Source: Eledone cirrhosa (taxonomy: Eukaryota). From it: 64,000 bases of DNA. The DNA is taken from assembly GCA_964016885.1 (NCBI GenBank), contig OZ024743.1:85870001-85934000 (forward strand). Direction: 5' to 3'. Below, piece by piece: positions 42,601 to 55,585 of this stretch (position 1 is its first letter; every line of letters starts with the position of its first letter). The translations under genes were made by a program, and so were the position numbers. The notes beneath the pieces are model-generated. The model was not told where the DNA came from. It did not search any database and was given only the letters and a program-made list of their open reading frames with translations.

Positions 42601-44166
42601 AAAATGAATGTGCAAGATAAGGTCCTTTCATCCTGATAGGTCTCGAATAAAGTAACCTCCCCTGATTTAATTTTTCTGACTAAATGATTAATTTTGGATA
42701 AAAAAAAAAATAAAAAAAAAAAATAAATCAACGGAGACAACCGAGAAAAATTACTGACAAACCCCCTCCTATCAGCTTATTTTACCCCCATCCCTATTAT
42801 TTGGGACCCAAGAGTAGTCAAAGACTGACAACCTGTCCAACTCTTGGCAACATAGAAAATAGTCATAGAATGATGTAGTAGACGAGGAGCCTAAGATGAA
42901 TTCTTACAGGGCAGTTGGTACAGTCAGCTGAATCAACCAGAATATTTTATCAACTTTACAGAGATAAACGTCAAAACTGAATTCAGAACATAGATGTATA
43001 AGCCTTAATAGATAACTAAAAGACATTTAACTCGTTCCTTATCAAATTTCTAATGAAACAACACACTGCCTGTTATTTTCAAATAATTTTGATAATCAAG
43101 AATTTGGAGGAATTTAGTAAAATAACCTCCACATTATCAAGTGTTTGGAGTACAACTTTAAAAAGGTTGTTACAAAAAATTATGATGAAAGGTTTTCAGA
43201 TGAACACAACACTAAATTAGTTTTGTATCATAGAACTTGGGGTGGTTCCAGGCAGTTTGGTGTCAACAAGGTTAATTTAGTGCTTTACAATTTCTACCAA
43301 TTTTCTGTTCTATTTAAAAAAACAACATAAATACTCCCCAGTCAATGCTTAGATCCAGATTTTTGGAGCAAAGTCACATGAAATGCTATTCTATCACAGA
43401 TAATATTTCTATATACTCTGGCTCCTATTTGCAACAGCCAAGTAAACTGAGAATAACATAGATTAAAAGTGTTCAGAACGGAAAGAAAATATATTTGAAA
43501 TTGTAACCTACAAACAATATCATCCAGTCAATCATAAAGCCTCTGCATCTTATATCTACAAGAATATAGATCATCAAAAATATCATCATCCTCATAATTT
43601 ACTATATAAATGGCAATTTCTGCCTGTCTGTGTGTAACCAGTTGGCGCCTACACCAGTCATCCGATCCTGATGAAACTTTACACACATCTTAAGCTAATA
43701 TTCAGAAACAGGACTGGCTAATTGGATTTCAATAAAAATCAATAATGGAAACCCTGGGGACATCTTTACAATGGAGGAGGAAAGAGATGTTTCAGTGAGA
43801 GAGAGGGAAGAGGAGATACTACTACTGTATGTTAAACCCTCCCCCACTACTCCCCTTCCTCCTCCCACAACTCAGCCCTCCAAAACGAGGCAACAACTTA
43901 TTAGAAATATACGTAAAGAAATTTCAAACAAAGCAGATGACAATCTTATTTTGGCTGATGACTGACTGTCTGTCTGTCTGACTGTCTGTCTCTGATAGTA
44001 GACGTCTTTCATATCGGCTCTTCGATTTGGAATTTTTACCTGGAATATTTGTGAGTGCATTATTTGAATTGTTTTTTATTATTGACTCTAACCCCTAGTC
44101 TGGGACTGTAGACGTAGGGTAAATATATTTTCACCCCTTTTGGGGTGAAAAATATTTAATTCAGAA

Positions 44167-45887
44167 ATGTTTATCGATATTGTTGAAAACGATATCGTTT
44201 TCGACGATATCGCCATATTGGAAGCTAACGCGACGCCTACCAAAAAAATAAGCGGGAAAGAGGGAACAACAATTCAAACTGTTGAACAGCCCCTCCTCTC
44301 CAATGAAAAAAAAAAAGAATATTAATTCGAATGAAAACCTAAATTTTGAAGAAAAAAATAACACCACAAATAATGAAACCAACAACATTACAACAACAAG
44401 CAACAAAGACAACAAAATTTCTTTTGCCCAAACGGTCAGGAAAGCTATTGAATACAAGCCCATAGATATTACTAACGCTAAGCAAAATTTGCTAGATGCC
44501 AAGAAATACGTATCTTTTTGGGGAGGATGGTTCTTTTACGATCAACTCCCCAGAAGAAGTTCGTCAACAGGTATATAGGAATACCATAACCTACAGAACT
44601 TTCACCAACGCAACAAGAAAGCCAGCTCAATTGACAGAAAGTCAAATTGAGCTGGTTCTGAAAGACATTAAAAAGGACATACTCTTTATTGAAAGAGGAA
44701 AGCTGTATGCCAGCATTATGGTCCGAATGAAGGACGAAATGCTGGCTCAAAAATATTCGGTGGCACCTATAGTGTCACCACAATACACCTTCTTCCCCAC
44801 ATATAAAGGAAGAAGAACACAAAGAATAAGAATGTGGAGCCCAACGCCAGAAGTTAACATCTGGTCCGTCCTAACAGGATTTACGGACCTAGAAAAGGAC
44901 ATCCTTATTTCAGCAGGGGAGTCCACCAGTGGACTGTTCGGGGGGAAAAGTCTGGAGGTTCTCTTACAGATGACACCCGAGAGAATCTCCGGAATACCCG
45001 ACCGAGTCCTACTGGATGGGCGAACCTTCATAAATATCACAGTGGAAGGCAGGAGACCCTCATGTTACCACTGCGCTGGCAGAGGTCACCTGAGGACGGC
45101 CTGCCCTCTACTAATAACAAAAAACCACTGCTACAAACACCACAACAACAACAAAAACAACCAGCACCACCATCACAAAAACAACAAAATACACTACCAT
45201 CACCACCACAACGACAACAAAAACCAACACCACCACCACCACCACCACAACAACAGCTCAAGAAAACAACCCAAAACACGGTCCCACCCAGCCCCACCCC
45301 ACAGAACACAAATACAAAAACACACGCAGTTCATACACAACCCGGAGATATACCCCTCCCCTCCAATACGGAAGAGGAGCTCATATCGTCGGAAGACGAG
45401 GGGGCTCCCTTCCAAAAAGTGAAAAGAAAAAAACGTACACACACCACACAAACAAAAATAACCCCACCTGACAACACAACACAGACAACAAAACGCAAAC
45501 TCACTCAAGAACAACAAGCAAAAACAAACACAACAACACAAAAACTCATACATAAACAAAAACAATAAAAACCTAACTGAAAAAATAGAAAACAACCCTT
45601 CGATACAAACCAAAGGGCCGAATTTTGTAACGGCAATGGGACTCCCTAACCTGAAAATGGTGAAAGTCCCACTTGACATTTTCAAAACTTTGAAAGACAT
45701 TTACCCTGAGGACGTGGGCCCACCCTGCACCAGGCCACTCAACCGCGTCCTCCTGAAAGGTTTTCCCCTCCCGTCCTCAAACACCCACACAACTCCAAAC
45801 ACCCCAACCCCTCCACACACTAATACCCCCACACCACCACAAACCAACACCACCCCACCCATCAACCCCTCCACCAGCCCCATGTAA
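44167..45887 (+). pseudogene. Tx1-like ORF1 (gag-like), frameshifted
   Basis: CX2CX4HX4C knuckle CYHCAGRGHLRTAC preceded by ITVEGRRPS; P/Q/T-rich tail; split over several frames; start uncertain. Confidence 0.7.
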
Positions 45888-45946
45888 ACTGAGCGGCCCG
45901 AACCCCGGGACGCAGAGAAGTAAGTGCCTCTTTCTTTGCCACCAAC

Positions 45947-48900
45947 ATGACTGTGTTAAGAGTAGGTTGTCTAAATGCGCGTGGCCTGGGCTCACCTTGG
46001 AAGCAAGCTAAACTTCTAAGTGACCTCAGGTCACAATGTATAAATGTGATGGTTATTTGCGAGGCCCGGATCAGCAGCATGCGACAGCTAACCCCCACCT
46101 TTGATGACTTTGAGATGCACGCATCTCTCTGTCAGCCCGGAGGTGGGGTGGGGTTGTCGTTCTGCTGCAAAAACATCTGGGTCTCGCTACACAGACGGTA
46201 CACTTGGACCCGGAGGGTCGACTCGTGGTTCTGGACCTTGGTAATGGTGAAGCCGAAGCTTTTAGGCTTGTCGCCGTATAGGCCCCTTTTGGGGCAATGC
46301 GGTCGGACTTCTTCCATCGTCTGGAGACTTTTCTAGGGACGTCCCGCTCCTTGCTTTTAGTGGGGGACTGGAATGGTATCCTAGATGCACGTTGGGACTA
46401 TGTAGGGGCATGTCCCGATAGAGGGGGGTGTAACAGCCTTAAGGGGTTAATCGGCCGATTTGACCTGGCCGATAGATACCGACTAGATTTTCCGACTGTG
46501 CCAACCTGGACTTGGTCAAATAACAGTGGTCAATCTAGATCGTACCTAGATAGGTTCTTAGTTAGAATTAAGGATAGGGACTTTTTAAGTTGTCCAGAAA
46601 TGCTCATGGTGGGCTATTCAGACCACAAGTTAGTGACCTGCGTAGTCCACCTTGATAGAACGCATAGGCAGGGACCCGGTTACTGGAAGCTCAACTTGTC
46701 CTTACCGGCAAGTAGAGCTTACAGGGACCGGATTAGAACCTTAGTTAAGGAGCGGTTGAGCGAAACACGAAGGCTGCGTTGTCCGAAGCAAAATACGTGC
46801 TCTGGAAAACGAGGGGACCAAAGCTGTTAGCTGGGCTCGCGTGACAGAAGTGAAAAGTGGGATTAAATCCACTATCCGGTCTTTGCGAGACCAGGATGGA
46901 CGGTTGATCCTTGAACCTAAGCAAATGTGCGAGGCCTTTCAAAGGCACTTTGCCCGATTGTTCGGGAGGGGCGGGTGTCCGGTTGGGAATGTGGATTTCG
47001 GTCCATACCTCGACGGCCTGCCGCGTCTTTCGGACAAGGAGGCGAGGACCTGCGACGGGCCGATCTCAGCTGCTGAAATAGGGGACGTGCTGAGCCTATG
47101 CAGCAAACGCAAATCTCCAGGGCTCGATGGTCTACCCTACGAACTATATATTAATATGCCGGACTTGTTCCCCGATCTCCTCGAGGCGGTCTACTGCAAC
47201 TGGCAACAGAACGGGAGAATTCCCTGTTCTGTGACCAAGGGCGTAGTCTCGCTAGTGAGGAAGGACGAGAACAAGGGGGATGACATTAGTAATTTTAGGC
47301 CCATAACTCTGCTAAATGCAGAGTTAAAGATTTTGGCCAAGGTGTTAGCGAAGAGGTTGGCGCTTGTCGTGGGGGGCCTGGTGGGAGATGCGCAGACATG
47401 CGCTATGCCGTCCAGGTCCATCCACGACAACCTCCACCTCATGCGATACATCATAGAGAGGGTTGGGAACGAACCCGGCTTTGGTGGGGCCCTGATAAAT
47501 TTAGATCAGTCTAAAGCGTTCGATAGGGTGGACCATGGTTACCTGGATGCGGTGCTAGTGGCGGCTGGGTTTGGACCCATTTTCAGGGGCTGGATCACTG
47601 CCATGCACAGCAGCCGCATCTGCTCTAGAGTCAAGGTGAACGGCTACCTTTCGGAGCCGTTCGAAATCACCCGCTCCATCCGACAGGGGTGCCCTCTCTC
47701 CTCCCTTCTGTATGTATTGGCTCTCGAGCCACTACTGCGGAAGTTGGAGTTGTTGCAGGGCATCCCTTTGGAACCGGGATTGCGCAAAGCGGTGTCGGCC
47801 TACGCCAATGACGTAACAGTAATGGTGTCGACCACCTCGGAAATCGAGGCAATCGGCACCTTACTGGAGGAGTACGAAAGGTTGACAGGGACTAAGCTGA
47901 ACCGGGACAAGTCAGTCGCTTTGCAACTCGGTGAGTGGAGGGGCAAAGCAATGTCGTGCGACGGTATCGTCGGACGGTGGACGGAGGGCCCGGTGAAGTT
48001 GCTTGGGGTCTGGTTCGGACCGGACCTCCAGGTGGAGAAAAACTGGGGTGAGGTGACGAATAGGGTGTTTGCACTGACCCAGAAGTGGGCCGAGTGCAAA
48101 CTATCCCTGAAAGGTCAGGCGGAGGTGGCGAACGCTTACATAGCGTCCGTCATCTATTACCGCTTGACTGTCGTGCCTTGCCCGGGTGAGATCCTCGCCA
48201 AAATGGAGCGTGCCCTCTTTTATTTCCTTTGGAAAAAGAGGTCTCCTCTGGTGAGGAGATCCATCTGCTGTCAACACCCTTTGAAAGGAGGGCTGGGGAT
48301 GCCGTGGCTAAAAATGCGTAAACACGCATTGAGGCTAAGGCACCTCCAGGTATTCCTCACCGGTCAACCGGTGTGGGCCCCGTTTGTGAGGCGAGCCTTC
48401 CCGAGGCTCGTCTCGCTCACCGAGCTGCAGTCCTGGTTGAAGCAAAGACCGAGAAAACTGGGCGACTGGCACGCCGAGTGTGCCCAGGCGCTCACGGCTC
48501 TCTGGCAGGCGGACCCGGCTATCGACGGAGACTCCACCTCGTCATTCTATAGAGGGCTGGTGGTAAGCAGGTGCGACGACGCCCTCGGAAAAACCCTAGG
48601 CATGGAGGAGGACGAACTGGCCAGTCTATTCGGTAGGACTTTCGGCCCGGGACATATGGACAACTTCCAGAAGTCCTTGGCCTGGCAGTGCTACCGAGGG
48701 GCTCTGCCCGTTCGGGATAAGCTCTACAGACACGGGCGCCCGGGTAGGGACCCCTCGAAAAAGATCTGTCCCAGATGCATGCGCGACGAGGAAACCGTCG
48801 CGCACGCATTGGTGCACTGCCCGGGCGTTGCCGATCTGTGGGGCTATGTCGAACAACTGCTGTCACGGGTGGGACCAATTAGGTTGACCACCGAATACAT

Positions 48901-49183
48901 TGTAACGATCAAGCCGCCTCCCCCCTTCAAAAATGAAGGAGAGGCGGTCTTCCTCTGTGTAATAGCCATGGTAAAAGAGGTTATATGGTGGACGCGTCTG
49001 AAAGGGCTGAGGTCGGACACCTTTCTCTCCGGCCAACAACTGGTCCTTTTCTTCCGATACCATTTCGGAAGAAGGATCAGGATGGAGAGAGAGGTGCTCC
49101 ACTCCAGCCAGTTTTATAAAAGGTGGGTGAAAGTTGCGAGAATGGCCCGTGTGAATGGGCCTTCTCTCTACCTCAGCCTGTAG
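45947..49183 (+). pseudogene. Tx1-like ORF2 (APE endonuclease, RT, CCHC), frameshifted, deleted, with YAND in place of YADD
   Basis: LNARGL, GDWNG, SYLDRF, YSDHKLV, GYWKLN; KSPGLDGLP, NFRPITLLN, DQSKAFDRV, RQGCPLS, YANDV; CPRC..ETVAHALVHC. Confidence 0.9.
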
Positions 49184-49431
49184 GTGGAACAGGAAGAAGG
49201 GAGCACCCCCTCTTTGTGCTCCCGTGGAGAAGGGTCGCACACTTTTTTTCGGGGGTGTGTGTGACCCTAAAACGATCCCTCCCTATTGAGGACCTTCTTG
49301 TTACTATTTTGTTTATTATATTTTTCTTACTCGATTTTTATGTAAACTCGCCCGACCCATGTACATGTCCCTTTCTTTTGTGCCCTAGTTGCAAATAAAC
49401 AGAAATTTGTCTGTATGTATGTATGTATGTA

Positions 49432-49815
49432 TTGTCAAGGCAGAATTCTAGAAGGAAAACTCTGATATAACGCTTGCAACCCTGATGGTATCCAATGATG
49501 TTGACTTGTTCTTCTTTTTGGTAAATATCATCTTGGTTAAGAGAGTGGGACTGGCTTTGTGCAGTGCCTTTGCTCACTATAAAAGCTTCATGGCACAGGC
49601 ATTGCTTTATATCTGGAGATCTCTCTGCACTTGTCATCAAATGGTACCATGGGCCCAGCACTATGTGTCAATAATTGTCACAAGTGTAGTGTTTGTACCA
49701 GAGTTTTCAAGTCGCTGGCTGGACTAAAAAGTCACACTTGTTCAGTGCATCGGTAGGGGTTCTCCTACATGGATATAAAGTAGTGGCCATACTCGAAAAC
49801 GAGTTGGCAGCCACC
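49432..49815 (+). mobile_element. Unidentified microsatellite-embedded repeat (copy 2)
   Basis: Reverse complement of 21061-21447; flanked by (TGTA)n and (TA)n. Confidence 0.8.
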
Positions 49816-49860
49816 ATGTATGTATATATATATATATATATATATATACATACATACTAT

Positions 49861-50915
49861 ATCATCATCATCACCGTTTTACGTCCGTTCTTCCACGCTA
49901 GCATGGGTTAGACGGGTTGTCCTGTTGTGGGCAGTGTCTGGTCGGCTGACCATTCCTTGCTCATACAGGAACTGATTTGGCTTGATTTCTCCAGCTGGAT
50001 GCCCTTCCTAACACCAACCTCATTTACAGAGAGTGTGCTGGGTGCTTTTTCGTGGCGCCTACACATCCACTTTACAGTGTGGGCTGGGAGCTTTTTTGCC
50101 GTGGCACCTCCACGACCACCTTGCAGTGGAGGCATATTGTCTATATGCTTCAGCTTGTACCCATGGAAGGTCGGGTACTCTGTATTACTGCGTGACACCA
50201 GAGGTCATGGTCGTGTGTCATTGCCTTTGAGAGGTGTAATTGGATAAGGTCGGCTTTTATCACCTCATCCCAGGTCATCTTGGGTCTCCCCACTCCGCGG
50301 TTTCCATCGACTTCTAGTGCTCTGCACCTTTTTATGCAGCTGTCATCCTTCATACGCATCACATGTCCATACCAACGCATCCGCCTCTCCTGCACACAGC
50401 ATTTGATTCCTCTTATGCTCAGTCTCTCTCTCAATTCATTTATTCTTTGTTGTTCGCGTATTACACATCCATCGGAGCATGCAGGCTTCGTTTCTCTCTA
50501 ATCTACCAAAGTCTTCCACCTTCAGCGCCTAGGTCTCACTACCATGTAACATTGCTGTTCGGATACACGCATCATACAGTCTGCCTTTCATTTTGAGGGA
50601 GAAGCCTTTTGCAGCTAGCAGTGGTAGTAATTCCCTGAACTTCTTCCATCCCGTTCTTACCCTAGTTATTGTACTTTCTGAACACCCACCTCCGCTGCTA
50701 ATTCGGTCACCTAGGTAGCAGAAGCTGTCTACTGTCTCTACAGAGCCCTCCCAGAGATTGGTGGTACTTGTTTCCTGTGGCTGTTTGCTGCTTGCTGTCC
50801 CAGTACAGCTGCTGCATGTGAAGCCTACATTCTTAATTAAGCTTCCTGAGATCCCGCTACATCTCTTGTGTACCCATTGTTTGCATTTGGGGCAGAGAAT
50901 GGAGTTCCTACCTAC
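49861..50915 (-). mobile_element. RTE 3' fragment plus adjacent bipartite non-autonomous copy
   Basis: PHD-like finger remnant, RVRTGWKKFRELLPLL, RMRWYGHV; (GAT)n tail at 49861. Confidence 0.82.
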
Positions 50916-50948
50916 ATTATATATACATGTATATACATAATATATATA

Positions 50949-51198
50949 TTGTGCAGTGCCTTTGCTCACTATAAAAGCTTCACGGCACAGGCATTGCTTT
51001 ATATCTGGAGATCTCTCTGCACTTGTCGTCACATGGTACCATGGGCCCAGCACTATGTGTCAATAATTGTCACAGGTGTAGTGTTTGTACCAGAGTCGCT
51101 GGCTGGCTAAAAAGTCACACTCGTTCAGCGCATCGGTAGGGGCTCTCCTACATGGATATAAAGTAGTGGCCGTACTCGAAAACGAGTTGGCAGCCACC
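50949..51198 (+). mobile_element. Unidentified microsatellite-embedded repeat (copy 3, truncated)
   Basis: Same terminal GAGTTGGCAGCCACC|(AT)n as copies 1 and 2. Confidence 0.8.
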
Positions 51199-52834
51199 AT
51201 ATATATATATATATATCGCATCCACTGATATGGATTCTGAACACGTGCACACGCTTAAGTCACATTAAGGTCAACTGCAGGAATCGGTGAGAAGTTACAA
51301 AAAAAGTGTGATGGTCAATGACCTGGACGTTGGCTTACCATGAGATTAGTCTGAAGAATCGTATGTTGACGAATATTCGTACGGCCGGCATGTTAATTGT
51401 AACATGCCGTCTTTGAGAGTAGAGTTTATTTTGTTGATATTTCGAGGTGTCGGATCGTAGGAAGATTAACACGAATTAAGATGATGTAACTGCTCTCCCA
51501 TTATCGACACTTTGCAACAGTGAACGTTACAAGGCCCTCTTTAGGGCCAACACTTCTGATTGTTTATCTGACTTATGGTGTTTTCTCGGGTTATGTCTAC
51601 TATAGGGGGAAAATGGCATGGTTTTATTGAATTGCTTCAGTCATTCGAAGGGCTTTACAAACAGTGATATACAGGGTGCTTGAACAGTACCTGAATATAT
51701 TCACTCAATTATAATTTCTTCAATAATTGCAATGACTTCCTCAATTGTTCTGTGTTTGTTCTTGAGCACTAAGGCAGTAAGTTTGCTATTCTTACACACA
51801 AGTTTATTGAATAAGTTCGATACTCTTCGAGCTCAAACTTCCCTGGCTTATTCGTTGTGAATCAAGTTATCTGGATGGAAGAAGGACTTATGACTTAAAC
51901 AGCTATTGATAGTTCAACACAAAAAATTGATCTGTCATATACACACCTAGCAAAGGTTGCTATTGAAAATCCAGTATGGGCACCCAGGGTCGCTAGCATT
52001 TTCAGGCGCATTCTGGGAACTGCGAATAACCTCACCTTTCCCAGGTATTACCGGGTACTGCAGCTAGTAATATATATATAATCATAATTGTACATCCAAT
52101 TACCACACACACATGTGTGTGTGAAGGAATAGAGCTGGTGCCACAATAAAAAGCACCAATTCCATTCTGTACAGGAGTCATGATAAAATGCTCACAATTC
52201 ATGCTGTAAAGTTGTTGTTGTTAAGAAGAGTACTCAACTGTAGAAACAAAGCAAAAAAATGGCGTATGAGTCACCTGACCCGTCTATCCTCAGTGCATGT
52301 CAGCCCATCTAACACATGCAAGTATGGAAAATAGATGTTAAAAAGTGATGATAATATATATATATACACACAGGGTCAGTGCTAATATTAAGGCCAACTA
52401 AGCAGCTGTCTAGGATGCAGGCCTCAGAGAGGTGCATTACTGAACCATAAAGGATCACAATTTTATATAAATCTGTATAATTAAATTAAATATATAATAA
52501 TTTCCTGCAAACCAATAAATACATCACTGGACATCTTTGACATGCAGCAGCATTGTGGAAATATCCAAAGTGGTGGAGAGAGGGTTAAATGGTATTATCA
52601 CTTGACACATGTATAAAGACTGAATAGTAGAAAATAAAGGCTTAGTAATTTTCTTAGTGTGATCAAGTAAAAAGTGTCATAAACCAGATCAAACGAAGTT
52701 GAAATTTTAAAAATGTTACTATCACTTAAATTGTGCGAAACCATTTTGCTGGTCTGAGAACTGATGAGGGTGAAGAAGTGTGCGTGAACTTGTCTTGTAC
52801 ATTGCCCTTTTTTTATTTCCTTCTTCTAGTCACT

Positions 52835-53400
52835 TCTATGTGCCGAGCTCAATGACATATTGAGAAGTCTGGATGCAGCTGACATCCCATCACAACTGGA
52901 GCCAGTAAGCCTCAGCCACAGAGATAGCAAGCAACCCAATGGAATTACCCTCTTCCCGTTCTCCGCCTCCAACTTAGTTGCTTTGGCCACAAACTTCGGT
53001 ACTGCAGCCCACAATGCAGAGGACAGGAAGACAAACAAATACCAAGGCTTGTTCAGCTGCTTCCTCTTCACACTAGTTGCTGTCGAGACCTCAGGCATAC
53101 TTGGATCTTGTACTGCTGAGCTCCTCTGCCAAATGAGAATATCAGCATCCCGTCTGAGGAAGAAGACCCACGCAGTGGGTGTCGCTGGCTATTGCCTGCG
53201 GAAATGCCTTTGCAGTTTTGTCCATGGGATGCAGCCCAAACACCACTCCACCCTATGCCCAGAGCCCGTCATCTTCTCCTCTTCCCCCTACCTTTCATCT
53301 GTGGCCCAAGAGTCCTTGCCTTTTCCTCTCATTTATGGCATTTATAGCCCTCTCCTCTACTTTCCCATTTTCTCATTACTTAATTTTGATTTATCTATTT
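52835..53400 (+). mobile_element. 3' fragment of a CRE-like RLE non-LTR retrotransposon
   Basis: IPSQLEP.SL...DSKQPNGITLFPF..AAHNAEDRKTNKY..VAVETSGILG..GNAFAVL, a decayed RPDG-type RLE motif region. Confidence 0.7.
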
Positions 53401-54147
53401 TTTTTTCATATACAAGTAATTACCAATTGTTTTAAAACCAAATTTGTGAGTTCAACCACATGTATTTAGTATGATCAATCTGTAGCATCAACCACTGACA
53501 TCAATGAATTGAAGTAATAAATGCTTACAATCCATCGGGAGCAAAAGGAACCAAATAAAATAAGAGTTAGGAAACAATATCTAAATACCCTCCAGCTCCA
53601 TCATTACTCGTTTTCATGTAGAATTCATATAAACATTGGCTTATAGATTTCTCAAGTTCTTTATCAAAGCAACATTGCAATTACTGTAGTATAATTTAGT
53701 ATGGTACAATATGCATTACAGCATTTCACATCCTAAACGGACGGTAATCCGTTTAGTAATATTGTTGTGGTCGTGTTTTCGTTGGCAATCGTCTGTTTAC
53801 GACAGTACAGCGCGGCTCTACTTTATTTAACTGAGATAAAACTTATATGAGCATGAACAGTAGATCATTACGCATCTTTTGGCTTAAAGATCTAGAAATT
53901 TGGTCCAGCGGGGAAAAGTTTATAATCAAAGTTTGCTGATAAATCTTGTGTTCAAGTGAGTGAGTAGTAAGCGTGACGCTAGGGGAGGTAATCCAGAAAT
54001 GACGTAGCTTTGTCATTAAGCCAGTTGCCTCAACTAGATTGCAATTATACTCAAAAGAACTTTAAAATGTCAATCTCTTGTCAGTAATTCACTACGATCA
54101 TTTAATTATTAGATAGTTGTTGCTTGCATTGCCTTAAAAAATAGTAG

Positions 54148-55246
54148 ACCAGATAGAAAAATGCGTTCAGCAAAAAAAAGTAATATTGTTGGAATATAAA
54201 CCTTTAAAAATACAGGACAAGAAACTAAAATAAAACTTTAAAAGAATAGGACAAGAAACTAAGATAAAACTTTAAAAGAATAGGACAAGAAACTAAGATA
54301 AAACTTTAAAGAATTGGACAAGAAATAAAAAATTTTACAATAATATTAGTGGCAAATTTTTTTTATTCGTTTCCTGTGCTATGCCCCAGTATCTTCTTGA
54401 TTAGTGCATAATAATTGTCATGCTCTCATTGTGCGTTGCCCCTGAGCGGTTGGTTCTGGTTGGGGTTGGTTGGCTGAGCAGTTCTGCTCCATCAGAATGA
54501 CCATTGCAAGAAGAATTGGCCGATGCAGCTGCAGGTCTCCTCCAAGAATGCACTTCTGGTCCCGCAACACCAGACGAAGATGGAGAAGACGACCGGGACA
54601 AGATGTCGACTCTGACCACCGACTACGGCACCTCCCTCAACCACCGGTCCTCCCTCCCTCTGTCCCGTCATCCCTCCAGTCCTCCTGCTCCCCCTTCCTG
54701 TACCAGAAAGCTGTGGCACGCATTCATCTGGACTGCCGGACTTGAACTCAAGGACAAGATGCAAGGAGAAGATGGACGGGTTGGTCAAGATCAAGGATGA
54801 GCGGGACGACAAGACCGTCCGCTGCTGCTCAAGATCTGTGCTCATGGGCCCATGGGTTCATTCACATTATGCATGAAACATGAGGCGTGTCGCCGAATGA
54901 TGAAATAGGGGTATGGTTATGGCCCAATTGGTGTTCAAACCAGGATCAAATGACCCCCCCCCCCGGTCTGACGACAACCTCTGAATGTGGAACCCAGAGC
55001 CTATGAATGTGGAACTCGATTTTTTACCAATAAAAATTTTGCCACTAATATTATTGTAAATCTTTTTATTTCTTGTCCAATTCTTTAAAGTTTTATCTTA
55101 GTTTCTTGTTCTATTCTTTTAAAGTTTTATCTTAGTTTCTTGTCCTATTCTTTTAAAGTTTTATTTTAGTTTCTTGTCCTGTATTTTTAAAGGTTTATAT
55201 TCCAACAATATTACTTTTTTTTGCTGTACACATTTTTCTATCTGGT
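54148..55246. mobile_element. 1.1 kb element with ~220 bp inverted arms (internal ~31-32 bp tandem units) around a GC-rich core
   Basis: 54148-54367 is the reverse complement of 55029-55246; arms carry GGACAAGAAACTAAGATAAAACTTTAAAAGAATA-type units. Confidence 0.85.
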
Positions 55247-55279
55247 ATTAAAGAAGACCATATGTATTTACCAATATAA

Positions 55280-55585
55280 TTCATTTCTTCTTGTATGACA
55301 TATGCACAGAGCTAGAGAGGTAGGTCGAGATTAGTGAGCCAGACCAAGGTGTCATTTGCAACATTATGGATAGCCTCCAGGCCACCGGGATAACATCTGA
55401 AGAGTCAATGCCGATCAACATGCAGTACTGTCTGGTCAGGGTCCCCACAGTCACATGCTGGGTGTCTTTCATTTTCCATCGATGGAGCTGTCCTGGCACG
55501 TGTTGTGCGGAACTGATTAAGGGACACCTGTCGCTTCCTGGGGAAAGTCAAAGCCGGATGGTTTAGATGTGGGGCTCACTGTAAT
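55280..55585 (-). mobile_element. 3' end of a Vingi/Ingi-like LINE
   Basis: Frameshifted PSGFDFPRK..SLNQFRT..LHRWKMKD..CDCGDPDQTVLHV..WLTNLDLPL*, followed by CATACAAGAAGAA tail. Confidence 0.6.

Larger units (their letters stand above)
43995..49407 (+). mobile_element. Near-full-length Tx1/L1-clade non-LTR retrotransposon, inactivated
   Basis: 5'UTR, ORF1 with zinc knuckle, ORF2 with APE endonuclease, RT and CCHC, 3'UTR with AATAAA at about 49394; GC-rich against an AT-rich background. Confidence 0.9.
43598..52067 (+). mobile_element. Putative Helitron-like element whose ends enclose nested insertions
   Basis: 5' A|TTTACTATATAAA (TC to TT variant) with CCGATCCTGATGAAACTTTACACAC; 3' hairpin CCCAGGTATTACCGGG then CTAG|T at 52064-52067. 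Pairing of the two ends is inferred. Confidence 0.5.

Noticed and set aside
47191-49240. Several minus-strand ORFs over the Tx1 ORF2, and similar ones opposite RTE copies
   Set aside because: Antisense shadows of GC-rich coding sequence with no independent motifs.
54215-54330. Regularly spaced ~32 bp repeats resembling a CRISPR array
   Set aside because: Units are contiguous with no unique spacers, no cas genes, and the context is eukaryotic.
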